A stretch of DNA of 63,454 bases, the filler included, from Bigelowiella natans CCMP2755 (lineage: Eukaryota > Protista > Cercozoa), in the NCBI GenBank assembly GCA_000320545.1. It is 8 parts of 8 records of this genome, joined end to end, with 100 filler letters (N's around TTAATTAATTAA, not from the genome) between each part and the next. Parts side by side here need not be neighbours in the genome. Positions count along the whole stretch, not along the records: positions 12,033 to 28,843 come from ADNK01002088.1; positions 28,944 to 37,870 come from ADNK01000226.1; 6 more parts are not named here. One strand, 5' to 3'. The position numbers were made by a program, and so were the translations under genes. Shown piece after piece: positions 23,464-35,365 of the stretch (the first letter of the stretch is position 1; every line of letters begins with the position of its first letter). The notes below the pieces were generated by a model that worked only from the letters and a program-made list of their open reading frames with translations, searched no databases and was not told the origin of the DNA.

Positions 23464-26045
23464 CGTGTGTGTGTGTGTATTTACTTGATGCGGAAGTTGA
23501 GAGAAAAGGTAGCTTCGATTCTTGGTTAAGCAGCAGCAAAAGCACAGTGATGGTCGTCAAGAGCAAAGTCACCTGCAGCACCAACCCAAAAAATATTTGT
23601 AACCGTGCACAATAGCAGCAAGGGGAAAAACAAGTTAGATATCCCCCTCCTAAGGAAAATACACTCAGCGTTGAATACTAATCTTACCATGATCGTTACT
23701 CTCTTCACTGTGTTAAGAAAGTCTCCTCGACGATGCATAGGGATGGAAAAGTAGACGTGGCTTTGTCGCAAACTCCACATTACACGACGAATCCAGCTCT
23801 TGAAGGAACGATGCTTGAACTTGAGGATATAAACCTTGTTATACTGTCGCCAGAACTCCTCGGTAAACATGCGGCCCGTCTGTGTGCGGTCGTGTTGCCC
23901 CGCTGCAATTAGCAGCAGGATCCACACCGCCATTATACAGGTGAGAGACACGAACACTGGGTTGTCGAAGCTGAAGATATCAAGGGAGATATCACTAGCC
24001 TCGATAGTATTAACCCCAATGCTTGTCTTTGACGAGGCACTAAATACGGTGAGGTGAGTGCTATGGCAGACAATACCAGAGGTTGCACTGCTACTGATAG
24101 TGGTAACGCCCCTAGTACTGAACGATTGGGTGGCAGTGTCCCAAAATCGGCAAACCGTATCAATGGACTCAGAAGCAGCAGCAGCAGCGGCGACGGATCC
24201 TCCAGGAATTCGAAGCTCGTATGGTGAGTCTTCTGGGTTTGTGATCGTATTCTCTGCCTCACTCAGCACGGTGCCGTCGACATAGATTGTTGGAATGATG
24301 CTGCTCTCCCCCTCCCTTTGCTGTGGATACCTAGTAGTGGGTAGATGTACGTAAGAGGATGATAGCCAGATGTACTATACAGCATTCCTACAACATGCTT
24401 GAGAAACACCGTCGTTACCAAAAATGTATACACTGTTATTATACTTTTCGATCACGAGATATTCAATAAAACACATTAAGTGCTCCCAGCAGCGGCAGTA
24501 CATTCAAACTAAGAGAAGGGGAATTGTCTTACAAAGGATGAAGCAGAGTCACAAGCGCAGCTCCCGCAATATTAGTGCCAGCACCTCCCAAAGACAATAC
24601 TATATCACTCGAAACGTTGAAAGAACTGTCAAGTGTTGTGCTCTCAAGTGATGTTCCTCCGAAATTCTCAAAGGTTCTCACGACGCCCACGATAGAAACG
24701 TTACCAACTGAGACTTCAACAGAGTCACCTCCTACCGATGCAGCATTATTTAATAGTGCCTGTGATGCGTGTGAGGTCACAAGCTCAATAGTATCAGCAA
24801 GGACTATTCTCGAGGCATTCGATGTCCTTGTAGAACCTATTGTAGTTGTTGTGGTGCAATTAAGTCAATTGTCTGTCTGCTGCGGTCTTTGCATTTGATC
24901 GAACAGTGGAAAGAAAGTAGCAAATACATGTGAGAAGAAGAAGTGGTAGTAGTACAATGGTAGAGAACAAGACACCACATACATTGCCTGTCACACCTAC
25001 CGAGCTCAAACGAGGGTACTAACTTGCCCACGACATTTAGAATCGATGTCACACGGCTTTTTGTGACGGGAGCAGTGGAAGAAGAAAACAACGACAGTCC
25101 TGAAGATACATTCGCTAACAATCTCGTAGCCTCAATCTTTCCGTTGGTACTCAATGTAGAAGGAGATTGACTGATAAGTTCCAAAGCTCCTAGAGGCACC
25201 TCGACTGCTGCGAATTCATCACTGATCTGAACTCCGTCTTCAACAATGTCACTGAGTAGGGAAAGTAGCCTCTCCGTCTCCTCTTGTGCTTTAGCCACAT
25301 CGGCGGTGGAATCACCATCATCAGACGCTGTTGCTACCACAGCGCTGATGGACGATATTGAAGAGGTTATGAGAAGTGCCGCGGATTCTACATCTCCGAG
25401 AGCTACTGAGCGGGAGAGCAAATCTATCTGTTCCGAGGAATTCTTCGTTGTTTCAGACATGATAATATCTGGCAGGTCATAGTAAGCAGTAGCACCTAAT
25501 GCATCAGTAACCACAGCTTGAAGAGACAAGTTCTTATACGACGAAGAACTGCTGCTGCTGCTGCTGCTGCTGCTGATGCTTTGGTTTTGGCCTAGAAAGG
25601 GAAGCACTGTGTCGTAGCTTGACAGCTTCGTGGGAGCGCAGATGCTAGTGAACACGGGATTTTCGCCTTGGAAAGTATGAGGAGCAAAGAAGAAAGAAAG
25701 AGAGTGTAGAAAATACATCAGAGCGGCTGTATCCCATTTATTCTCATTCTTCTGAGTATCATAGTGAATGGCCATGCTTTGCAAAAAGAGCGTAAGTGCT
25801 GTCGGTCGTGTGAAAAGAAACAGACATACTGCTATTCATGATTATGGGTTAACGTCTACGGCGTACCGTCAGATTGTGGAGGAATCCTCAAATTGAACTG
25901 AAACTTCAATGGCGTGTCCACATCTCCCCAACCTTCGCAACTCAGCCGAAATAGCGTCTCTAGTGCTACCCCAGAGTTCGGGGTAGATGTGCAGGATCCA
26001 GGGACAGGGGGGGAGTTTGTTGCGACTGTCAGAACCTGTGATAGT

Positions 26046-26119
<74 letters not shown>

Positions 26120-28843
26120 AGAAACAACATTCGTTCATAAATCCAAAAACACGGCTCGTGGCTGAGCGTTTTTGAGAAACAAGCAGCTCAGTAGAAAGCA
26201 TATTACCGAGTACGATGCATCCGTTGAAGAAGCAGCTCCCATTGCACGAACAGACACTTGAAAGCTGTACTCAACGCCCGGTAACAGGACATTTGGCTTA
26301 ATCATTAGCCTATTTGTTGTCGGTGCTGCCATCAGTAAGGAGCGATTGCTCAAGTCGAGATTTCCAGAGACACATGTCCAAGTGTATATCCAGCTGTCGC
26401 TCTGCTGAGAGGATGATGACGGTAAGGAAGCAACAATGGTGGTCGTCTCATCTGCATTCTGATTACTGCCGGCGCTGTCGGCCTGAGATGCGAGAATATT
26501 ACTGATTGAAAGGGTAGGAGGGCTTCCAGCAAGCGCGTCAAGAAATTGACGACCGAACAACGTCCGATTGCCTGTTGTCTCGTCATTATTACTTGGGATT
26601 GTGATAGAGGCTGTTACTGCGTATTTCTCTCCAGGGGACAACGTACCGGCTGCAAGGGTAAAATTGCAGATTTGATTGATTAACACCAACGGTGAAGATA
26701 AAGACGACGAAGATGATATTCCTTCGATAGTCCATGAATACGTCAGAGGAATGGTGGTTGCAGGGGTAAAGCATGGTGTTGCACGAAGTATATGCGAGGC
26801 CGATACACCAACAGATCTCGATGATCCTCCTAAGATCTCTACTCGATCTATCTCGGGAGTCGCAATTCGTACCAGAACCGTGCGAGACGATGTACTGACT
26901 ATTGCGCCATTCGATGCATTTCTTGTGACGGTTTGGAGCTGGAAGGCGTATGGCAACCCAGCGGAGTTATACGGAAGCTCGCTGGCGGCTATTCGAAGTG
27001 TAGATCCATTGTATCGATTGTTGATACCGCTGCTACTAGTTGGAGGAGCTAAAGCCTCTTGAGCCATGCCATCAATATAGAAGGAACCATTCGATAGTGG
27101 AATCCATGAGAAAGACTGCACACATGCTGGAGCAGTAGTCGTCGTAGCAGCCGCAGCATTGAGACAAACTATGGGTGGGGATAGCAGTTTCGCTCGAATG
27201 ACAACGGATTCGGTTGTTGTGAAGGTGGGGCTGCTTTCGGTCGATAGCTGTGTAAGAGGAGGGTCGGTGGCAGTGCGAATAAAGGAAAATGTCCTACTTC
27301 GGGACCATCCAAGGAAATTTTCCACCTGAGCAACGATGATGACGATGATGATGATGATGATGGTGATGACGATGATGATGATGATGATGATGATGATAAT
27401 GATGATGATAGGACTCTGTCGTAGGATAATAAAAAAGGTACATCATAGTTTATATGATGTAAATAATGCGCCCATTAGTGCATCGGTGCGAGTGCGTGAG
27501 TGTGCGTGCAATGATTTAAGTGCCTAAGTTAGTACACACAAACCTGGATTCTAAACACATGAGGACCACTGGTGAAATTAGAAGGATGCAACTTCAGCGT
27601 GTTTGTGGATGAAGGAAGAGACGCCAGATAGCTCGTCAACCTTGATATTTAAGTAAATTACTTCTCATCAGGATATATGCTGGTCTGATCAGATATATGA
27701 TTGCAGGTGCTGTGTGTATATGGCTCACACTTCATTCCTTACATGGTGCATTATTGAGAAATATCCGATGAAAAGAACTTCTTCTATTTGTTCTTAACTG
27801 CTACAGCTTAAAAATGCAGCACGATTCGAGCATAGAGGAGAACCTTCCTATCTCTGCTGTTCCCATGGAAGAGCTGGAGTTTGCAGCTAAGTATTCCCAT
27901 GAGTATGAAATTGCTCTTCCTCCAGATCCCGACAGAACCTAATAATATCCGAAGAGTTGGGATAAGGCACCATTTTACGTAACACGCACACACACGCACA
28001 CACATGCACACACAGAACAGTTTGGTACATTAGAGGTAATATGTGGCAAAAGCAGTAGTATGATGATAATGATCCATATTATCATTACATTGGCTGTGAC
28101 TTCAATTGGGCGATACATTCCCATCTCCTCCATCCCAAGCACTTGCATTGTGAATAATGTTGTTGAGCTATCAAATGATGGAACTTCGACTTGTACAGCA
28201 GATCCGGATATAAGAACCAGCACGCTCTCGCTTGTGGCGTTCGCATCCTTTCCCAGTGAAATCTAGCAAGACACAGTGGCAGCAACACCTCCCATGATTC
28301 AACACATATGCTAGTTAATGATAGCAGCAGTTGTTAGATCTTCCTCTTCTTCTTCTCTTTCTCGTCGTTTTCCCACAAACATACATACATACATTCATAC
28401 ATATATACTACTATCACGTGGTGTACAGACACTACTAATGCAACGAAATAGCTACACCGTAGTACTCTTAAAATTAAATTGGGAGTTAAAGAAAAGACAC
28501 CGATCACTTGTTAGTATGTACTATACCAGAAGTTGTTTACTAGTTCTCCAAGTGCAGATATAATTGGTTCCAAAGAGAGATAAGGAGGACGGAGTCATAA
28601 CATCGGTGCAAGCTGAATATGATGCAGTAGCCAAACATGACGATTCAGATATGCGCACAAAAAAACACCTTACACATGTAGGAACATACACATTTGCACG
28701 CAGCTTTACACACACACACACACACAAACACATACACAGTATACATTCATGCCATTTGCATCTACAATTGGCCTCCTAACCTGGCCGTCTTGACTCAGTG
28801 CTAAACTGAACCTCTATCCCCGCAAGTGTCGTATCAAACGAAG
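19612..28843 (-). CDS. Polycystin-1/PKDREJ-like receptor: REJ module, GAIN/GPS, ~5 TM helices, cytoplasmic tail with two PDZ-like segments (5' end in the gap)
   Basis: REJ motifs YTWTCVSG...NRLMIKPNVLLPGVEYSFQVSV and NSPPVPGSCTSTPNSGVALETLFRLSCEGWGDVDTPLKFQF. GPS motif CRFWDTATQSFSTRGV...IVCHSTHLTVFS, then TM1 NPVFVSLTCIMAVWILLLIAAG. Polycystin motif LRQSHVYFSIPMHRRGDFLNTVKRVTIM. The last exon is ORF 19612-20964. Confidence 0.85.
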
Positions 28844-29243
28844 NNNNNNNNNNNNNNNNNNNNNNNNNNNNNNNNNNNNNNNNNNNNTTAATTAATTAAN
28901 NNNNNNNNNNNNNNNNNNNNNNNNNNNNNNNNNNNNNNNNNNNCCCCCCCCCCCCCCCCCCCCCTTTTTTTCCCCCCCCCCCGGATGGGACGAGGGGTTT
29001 CAATAGACCCCCGCCTCCCTTTGAAACAAAAGATTTTGGAGGCGGAGGCCCCCTCCCCCCCTTCATTGAGGACCCCATTCTTGCTCCCTGGGACCAATCA
29101 AGAGTTAGGATACCCCGAAAGAGATGATCCATTACGTTGGGCAAAGGGAAGTAAGTGGGAAGAAAGAGAAAAAAAAAAAAAAAAAAAGGGGGTTGGGGGG
29201 GGGGGGGGGTTGCGAAGGAAGAAGCAAGTGAAAACTATGCCAC

Positions 29244-30480
29244 CTGTCGGTCGTATCGAATCTACGTGCTCCAAAGCCAAAGAAGGATCCGTCCGCACCT
29301 TGAATATTTCTACGAAGCTTCCCCTGATATTTAGCAAACAGCTTCGCTCTCAAGTTGACCTCAGGACGGACGCAATTATGATATCTTTCGAAGCTCCCAA
29401 GATTCTCAGCGCTCGCTAACTCATTCAGAGCCATGCCCATGAAACGAGGTCTCTAACACACCAAAACTACCGCATCTTCCCCTAATACTTACAGCTCGGT
29501 AGTGAACTTACTCGCCCTGGTACGGATGAGAAACGGCGTACAAGTTGTTGCTTTGATTGGAGTAGTATAGGCCTGACAGCACGATGCCATTCGGTGTGTA
29601 TCTCTGTTGTTCATCCGACGAGTGTCCATGGAGACATAACAAGAGCAACAAAACAGAGAACACGTACGCATTTCCAAAAAAATGCAATTTGCTGATTAAA
29701 AAATGAATACACATTTATGGCCTCCAGCGCTACCGTGCGGCTGGAAGCGCCTTCCCTCGGGAAAGTTTACAAGTGGGAGTTCCTTCGGATCTTCCATGCC
29801 TAAGCCTTGCAGGGTGTGCAAGTCTATCGCAAATATTTTGCCCCTCTCCACTCTGTCTACTCCGTGCTTAAACAGATTCCCGAGATCTCCAGCACTTACA
29901 AAGACGATCTGTCAGTATCATAGTATAATGTGGGTGCTGCTTATTGATTTTGTTTTGGAGGGGGGCTAGCTGTCAATAATGCATGGGCCCTAACCATCAA
30001 GTGAACGTCTCTCATGATTGAACACTCTCTCCATCTAAGAAGCGTAGACGATGCTCCTATATCTTAGATCAAAGTTTGACATTTTGCATACAGAAAACTC
30101 GTTCCACTTTGCTAGATGAGCGCTGCGTTGCACTTAGGTGCTCTACCCCATCTCTGAAGGAGGTGAAGTCCTCGCTGTTTGATAAAATACCGGTGCCCAC
30201 AGCGGCGCAATCGAGCTGTGATGCAGAGGATAGGGGGAATACGTGACAAATGGACGGCAGCCTGAATGCGGGGAACCGTTCTTACGTTATAAGTGATTGA
30301 TTTGAAGACATCGAGCTTCCGAAGTATGAACAACCCAAAGGCGAGGAAGGGCCTGAGAAATCGATTACAACATTACATTCTCAACCAATCTCTTCCCACG
30401 GCAGCACCCCTCGGAATGAATTCATGATAGTTGTGTGGCGACGCTTCTTACACGATAACGGAGCTGACGCATCGGTACAT
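29244..30480 (-). CDS. Paraoxonase/arylesterase (PON)-like Ca-dependent beta-propeller lactonase (3' part lost toward the gap)
   Basis: Spliced: MYRCVSSVIV|PFLAFGLFILRKLDVFKSITYN|LDCAAVGTGILSNSEDFTSFRDG|IVFVSAGDL...RRFQPHG|LYYSNQSNNLYAVSHPYQGE|GSFVEIFKVRTDPSLALEHVDSIRPT. This parallels PON1 GSEDLEILPNG-LAFISSG, FNPHG, VVNHP and STVE.F.....L.HLKTIRH, and has an N-terminal signal anchor. Confidence 0.85.
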
Positions 30481-30862
30481 GACGAGTAGATAAATGACAA
30501 ATGTGGGTATTTGGATTGTACGCCTCACTGCATTTAGTGCACAGTAGGACGGCAACCCATTTTGCGTTGCCGTATCCTGAAAATAGCCTGGAATAACGGT
30601 GATTTTCCGATGAAGCGACGCTATAAATGGATGATATTATCCCTTGGACGACAAAATTTTCGTCGCATATAAACATAAATTCCCCGAAAGTGCGCGCAGA
30701 GTGAATCTTCAGATTAGTTTTTGCAAGAATGGGCCCACAGAGCCCGAACCTTCCATGGTTAGGTGTGTAACGACAAGGAAATTTTGGTGAAAAGGTGTCT
30801 AATTTTTTAGAAATCCTTCTGATTTTCGACAACTCAACGGCAGAATCCAACATGGCGCAGAC

Positions 30863-31020
30863 TCTCATGCAGACTTCCAAGCCCCAGACTGTCAATGAAC
30901 ACATCTCTGATAGATCTAGATGACATCACAGCAATAATAAGCTTCTCGTGCAGACTTTCGAGCCCCAGACCGTCAATGGACTCCACATCTCTGATAGATG
31001 ACGTCACCGCAATAATACGC
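30863..31020 (+). repeat. Imperfect tandem duplication (~80 bp unit)
   Basis: TCTC(A/G)TGCAGACTT..AGCCCCAGAC.GTCAATG.AC..ACATCTCTGATAGAT...GAC.TCAC.GCAATAATA occurs twice in tandem. Confidence 0.85.
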
Positions 31021-31369
31021 TAGATGTGATTCAACTGGTCGATTGCAACGAATGCAGTCAAGAGTGAACAAATTCTGAACTGGTACGAAGACCAAAACAC
31101 TTGTGACATCAGCACTGCCAAAGAGCATCTTCTTGGCGTTCCTACTGATGCTATAGAATTCTGTATCCCCAGTTTGCGCACATTCGTGCCTCGGTTTCAC
31201 TCCATCTCAAATTTATGTTAAACATTGTGAGTTTAACAGCTGAGAACTAACTATGTTCGCTCCCACAGGCACTCTCAACATCCTCATGAGGAAATAGAAG
31301 AGAATTTCAACCTTCATGAGAAGAAGGTCTGAGCACGATTATATTATCAACTCAACTTAGAGAAAACTT

Positions 31370-31486
31370 ACTTCACTTCGAAATGATGATCAACTATTCA
31401 CAATGCTTTGTCCGTAAGCTTGGTACTCACTGAGTGCTTGGCAGTGTCGAAAATATGGTTTCCCCTTCTGAAAACGAAATTGAAGT
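31370..31486 (+). ncRNA. Putative box C/D snoRNA, copy 1
   Basis: Box C ATGATGA at 31383-31389, internal CTGA (D') at 31430-31433 and box D CTGA at 31468-31471. Terminal stem ACTTCA..TTCG / CGAA..TGAAGT. A near-identical second copy lies 270 nt downstream. No target identified. Confidence 0.65.
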
Positions 31487-31640
31487 TAATTTTAGAAAAT
31501 ATCACAAAAACACTTGATATGATTACCAGTAATAGTGTCCTGATGATTATTTGTGCTTATCAGTGGGAAATACATGGCAAACGGAGTGACTTGCAGAAAG
31601 GTTCGAGCGTCAATAAACAATTTTATCTGCGTAAAAATTG

Positions 31641-31755
31641 ACTTCATTCGAAATGATGATCAACTGTTCACAATGCTTTGTCCGTAAGCTTGGTACTCAC
31701 TGAGTGCTTGGCAGTGTCGAAAATATGGTTTCCCCTTCTGAAACGAAATTGGAGT
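31641..31755 (+). ncRNA. Putative box C/D snoRNA, copy 2
   Basis: Box C at 31653-31659 and box D at 31738-31741. The terminal stem is kept through a G-U change (TGGAGT). Identity with copy 1 stops at the stem ends. Confidence 0.65.
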
Positions 31756-32914
31756 TATGCTACAAACCAAATCACCAACAAAATTTTGATTGTCTTGAGG
31801 TAATGACTCGATTATTGTTAGGGGTTACACGATGATGCAGTTTTTCCAAGTTGCTTTCCAAATGGATGGCCGCCACGTTGGAGCTCTTTAGTCTTGTTAT
31901 AATCCCATAAGAGAGTAAATGAATTTATGTAAATGAATATCGATCAAGCCTAGAAGCCTTAGGTGCACACATTCATTCATTGCCAAATGTAGAAGTGAAA
32001 TAAATTAAGATGATCGAATCGATTCATTAGTGTATGCTTTTTGTATTATGATATTTTTCATTCTTCATTCGTTCTTTTGTTCGCTGTAACATGTTTCGTG
32101 TGTCACCGTACGTGTATATGCGGTGCTCTATTTTTCATTCACTACAATATGTTATAATGTAGATGTGCACACTAGATCGACATCTGGCTAGCGTGTCTGG
32201 CTGCACTGTCATGCTGCTATTTCTCTAGTTCTGTAGCCTGTAGTTAGTGCTACATAACTACATCTATATATATCTAGATATATACAAGTTATAGCGAGAT
32301 GTGCAGCGTTCTACTTGTTTTTCTACTAGCAACTTGCATTTTATCGGCTGGTGCAGCCACGCTAGTACGCACATGTACGTGCATCATGTTCGCAAACTAC
32401 ATATGCATGCATGTCGTCTTTGCAGGTACGGCATGTACGTAGCCCGATCTAGCGATCGCTAGATAGATCGTTACTCACTCATCTAGCTAGGTAGACGGGT
32501 CCGCGCATCGTATAAACGTTGTCGTCTAGTCGTTATATCGTACGTAGCCACAATAACTTGTGACATGTAGGTTCCTTCGTTTGGTACGTACATCGATTTC
32601 TCAGCAGCTACAAATAATTTGACCGCGCGAGTCCAAGCACGTAAACACATATAAGGCATACAGGCAGGGAGACTCTATGCGAAAGTTACTTTTTTACTTT
32701 GACATAAGACTTTTCACTTGATCTGTCTTCCGATCTAATAAATCATCTTATCCAACTCCGTTGAATGAGAGGATTGATGCTCAAAATCACTAGATACTGC
32801 TAAACTGCAATGTGGAGGTTCAACCTCAACAATATATGTCTTGGACACTAAACGTTATAAAGCATCGCCTGGCAGTATATTTTTTAGTACGCCAGAAAAT
32901 TCGCTTCACAACAT

Positions 32915-33692
32915 TTAGAGATCATCATCGTCATCGGGTACAGCGATTTTATTTGCGTTATTCAATTCTTGCTGGTATTGTGCTTGCTGGTTCATATCAA
33001 TTTGCACCTCTGCAGGAAGTAAAGCAGGCTGCTCAGTGAATACAAGGCCACCCTTTCCAGTCAACTTTCTTGCGATGTATAAGAATGGTTTTTCGTAGTT
33101 GTAGTTACTCTTTGCAGAGATATCGAAGTACTGAAGATTCTTTTTCCTGTGGAAGAAAATGTCTTTGGGTTTCACAGTGCGGTCTTTGCAGTCGACTTTG
33201 TTCCCGCAAAGAACCATAGGAATAGCATCGCACACACGGTATAGATCTTTGTGCCAGTGAGGAACACTTTTGTAGGTAACACGAGCTGTTACGTCAAACA
33301 TAATGATCGCAGCCTGTCCACCAATGTAGTATCCATCGCGCAGTCCACCTAAATTAGCATGGTTAGATGTCTTACAACAGTGTTATATCTATGGCGCACT
33401 TACCGAATTTTTCTTGCCCCGCTGTATCCCAGCAGTTGAAGATAATTTCGCCATACTTTGTGTTGAATTTAATGGGACTAACATTTACTCCCATAGTTGC
33501 AACATACTTCTTCTCGAATTCCCCGGTCTTGTGTCGTGTCACAAATGTGGTCTTTCCCACACCACCATCTCCGACGAGAATAAGTTTGAATTTTAATGCT
33601 TTAGACTGAGAGAAGAATAAAGTGTTTAAGTACTGTGCAACAGAAATGAAAAAAAATAATAAAAAAGAAATAGTGGGGTGGGGTCAGACCAT
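32915..33692 (-). CDS. RAN: GTP-binding nuclear protein Ran (3 coding exons: 33692-33690, 33605-33404, 33348-32915)
   Basis: M|[40 protein letters not shown]...[10 protein letters not shown]|[35 protein letters not shown]...LCGNKVD...[20 protein letters not shown]...acidic tail PDDDDDL. Confidence 0.98.
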
Positions 33693-34486
33693 TACGCCTC
33701 TTCGGTTTTGGTTTCTGGAAGCTTCACAGCCTGCCGTAGAAGTCACTGTTCCAGTATAATCACACGCCAAAAATATTTAATATTCACCCAAATGTAATAT
33801 GTTTATCTTATACGACATTTGCATAGATAAATTTTTATTTGTCGTAATCATGATAAATTCGGCGTTGTTAGAGCCGTTAAAAGTATGGAAGGATCTTATC
33901 TATCTGGAATAATGATCGTTGACACTGTACAGAAACACAGGCCGTTTGCAACCTGAGAGCACGAATCAGGAGGATTTGGGCCGCCGACGCGGGTTTCCCG
34001 CGTTCTTGCCTGCCGCATATTCCCACCATATTCTAAGGAGAGAAATAAGACTCTCTTGCAAAATCACTCACGGAAATGTTACAATAATTTGTATATACGA
34101 CATTAAGAAATGTAAATATCTGTTGAATTTTAGTCCTAAATAAAAGGATCTATGATACCCGCATCGTTTTCTTCTATCTCCCCGAAAAGTTTGTCCTCTA
34201 TTTCCCGACTTTCGCTTTTGGCCGACAAATGTTTTCAAAAATTGCTTAAATTAACTTCTCGCTCTTCAATAAAAAATCGAAAGCATGTACAATTCTCCTT
34301 CATTTTGACTAGTATCCAATAAACACCGGGATGCCTGTATAGTGACATGAGTTTCCCTGCATAAAATGGAAAAAATAGTAGATATTTAATGGGCGTCATG
34401 CTTCTGTGGTTGTCGCAGTCTTGATCCAAGAACGTTCTCTGCCTCCCAAGTCTCACGCATTACTCCTCCCCGATAAAGAGGCAACC
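33693..34486. promoter_or_regulatory. Probable bidirectional promoter and 5' UTR region between Ran and cyclophilin H
   Basis: About 0.8 kb of AT-rich, microsatellite-free sequence between two divergent housekeeping start codons. No specific elements identified. Confidence 0.5.
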
Positions 34487-35047
34487 ATGGAGAAGAAAGG
34501 CATGCCCCGGGCTCACCCCAAATCTTCAAATCCAAACAATCCTGTAGTGTTTTTCGACGTTACCATAGGTGGCACGGCTGCAGGTAGAATCGTAATGGAA
34601 CTGTGGGCTGATGTAGTCCCGCGAACGGCAGAGAATTTCCGCCAATTCTGCACAGGAGAGTACCAAAAATCCGGCATGCCTGTGGGCTACAAAAGCTGCA
34701 CGTTTCACCGTGTCATCAAGGACTTTATGATCCAGGGTGGAGACTTTCTAAAAGGGGACGGTAGAGGACTCATGAGTATATACGGGGGGGAAGCCTTCGC
34801 CGACGAAAATTTCGTGAAGAAACACACTAGAGCGGGGCTGCTCTCGATGGCAAACACGGGAGCAAATACAAATGGATGCCAGTTCTTCATCACATGCAAC
34901 AAATGCGATTGGTTAGATAATAAACATGTAGTGTTTGGATCCGTCATCGACGGCATGTTGACGGTAAGGAAGATAGAGAACACCCCGACTGGCAAGAATA
35001 ATGGTCCCAAATTAGAGGTTAAGATTTCAGAATGTGGGGAATTGTAG
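34487..35047 (+). CDS. PPIH: Peptidyl-prolyl cis-trans isomerase H (U4/U6 snRNP cyclophilin), intronless CDS
   Basis: [12 protein letters not shown]...[17 protein letters not shown]...[29 protein letters not shown]...[47 protein letters not shown] and CDWLD are CypH-type. ATG at 34487 is in a good context (GCAACCATGG). Confidence 0.93.
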   Translation: MEKKGMPRAHPKSSNPNNPVVFFDVTIGGTAAGRIVMELWADVVPRTAENFRQFCTGEYQKSGMPVGYKSCTFHRVIKDFMIQGGDFLKGDGRGLMSIYGGEAFADENFVKKHTRAGLLSMANTGANTNGCQFFITCNKCDWLDNKHVVFGSVIDGMLTVRKIENTPTGKNNGPKLEVKISECGEL

Positions 35048-35331
35048 GATCTTTTCCTTTCGTCGAAAGTTAGAGTAATAAAACGTTTGTACACAAATTT
35101 GCAGCCAGATGAAACTGGATCAAATTTTAAAGGCAAAATACATTCATGTGACACACACACACACACACAACATACATACGATGCATGCACAAACACATGC
35201 CCACATACAAATGTAATCACAAACACAAAAACATTTATATGTATTATATGAATATGTAAGATAGTATATTTGTAGTCAACGCACACGCATTGGTATGCAT
35301 AGTGATCACACATATTAGACAACACACACAT

Positions 35332-35365
<34 letters not shown>

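Noticed and set aside
30863-31755. CRISPR-like repeat-spacer structure
   Set aside because: Only two copies of each long unit, no regular spacers, no cas genes, and a eukaryotic context.
34406-34486. N-terminal extension of cyclophilin H in the ORF track
   Set aside because: It starts at a non-ATG codon. The ATG at 34487 has a good context and gives a typical CypH length.
6935-35047. Alternative genetic code
   Set aside because: TGA (SDR), TAA (Ran, AMD1) and TAG (PPIH) all act as stops at the expected ends, and apparent internal stops resolve as introns.
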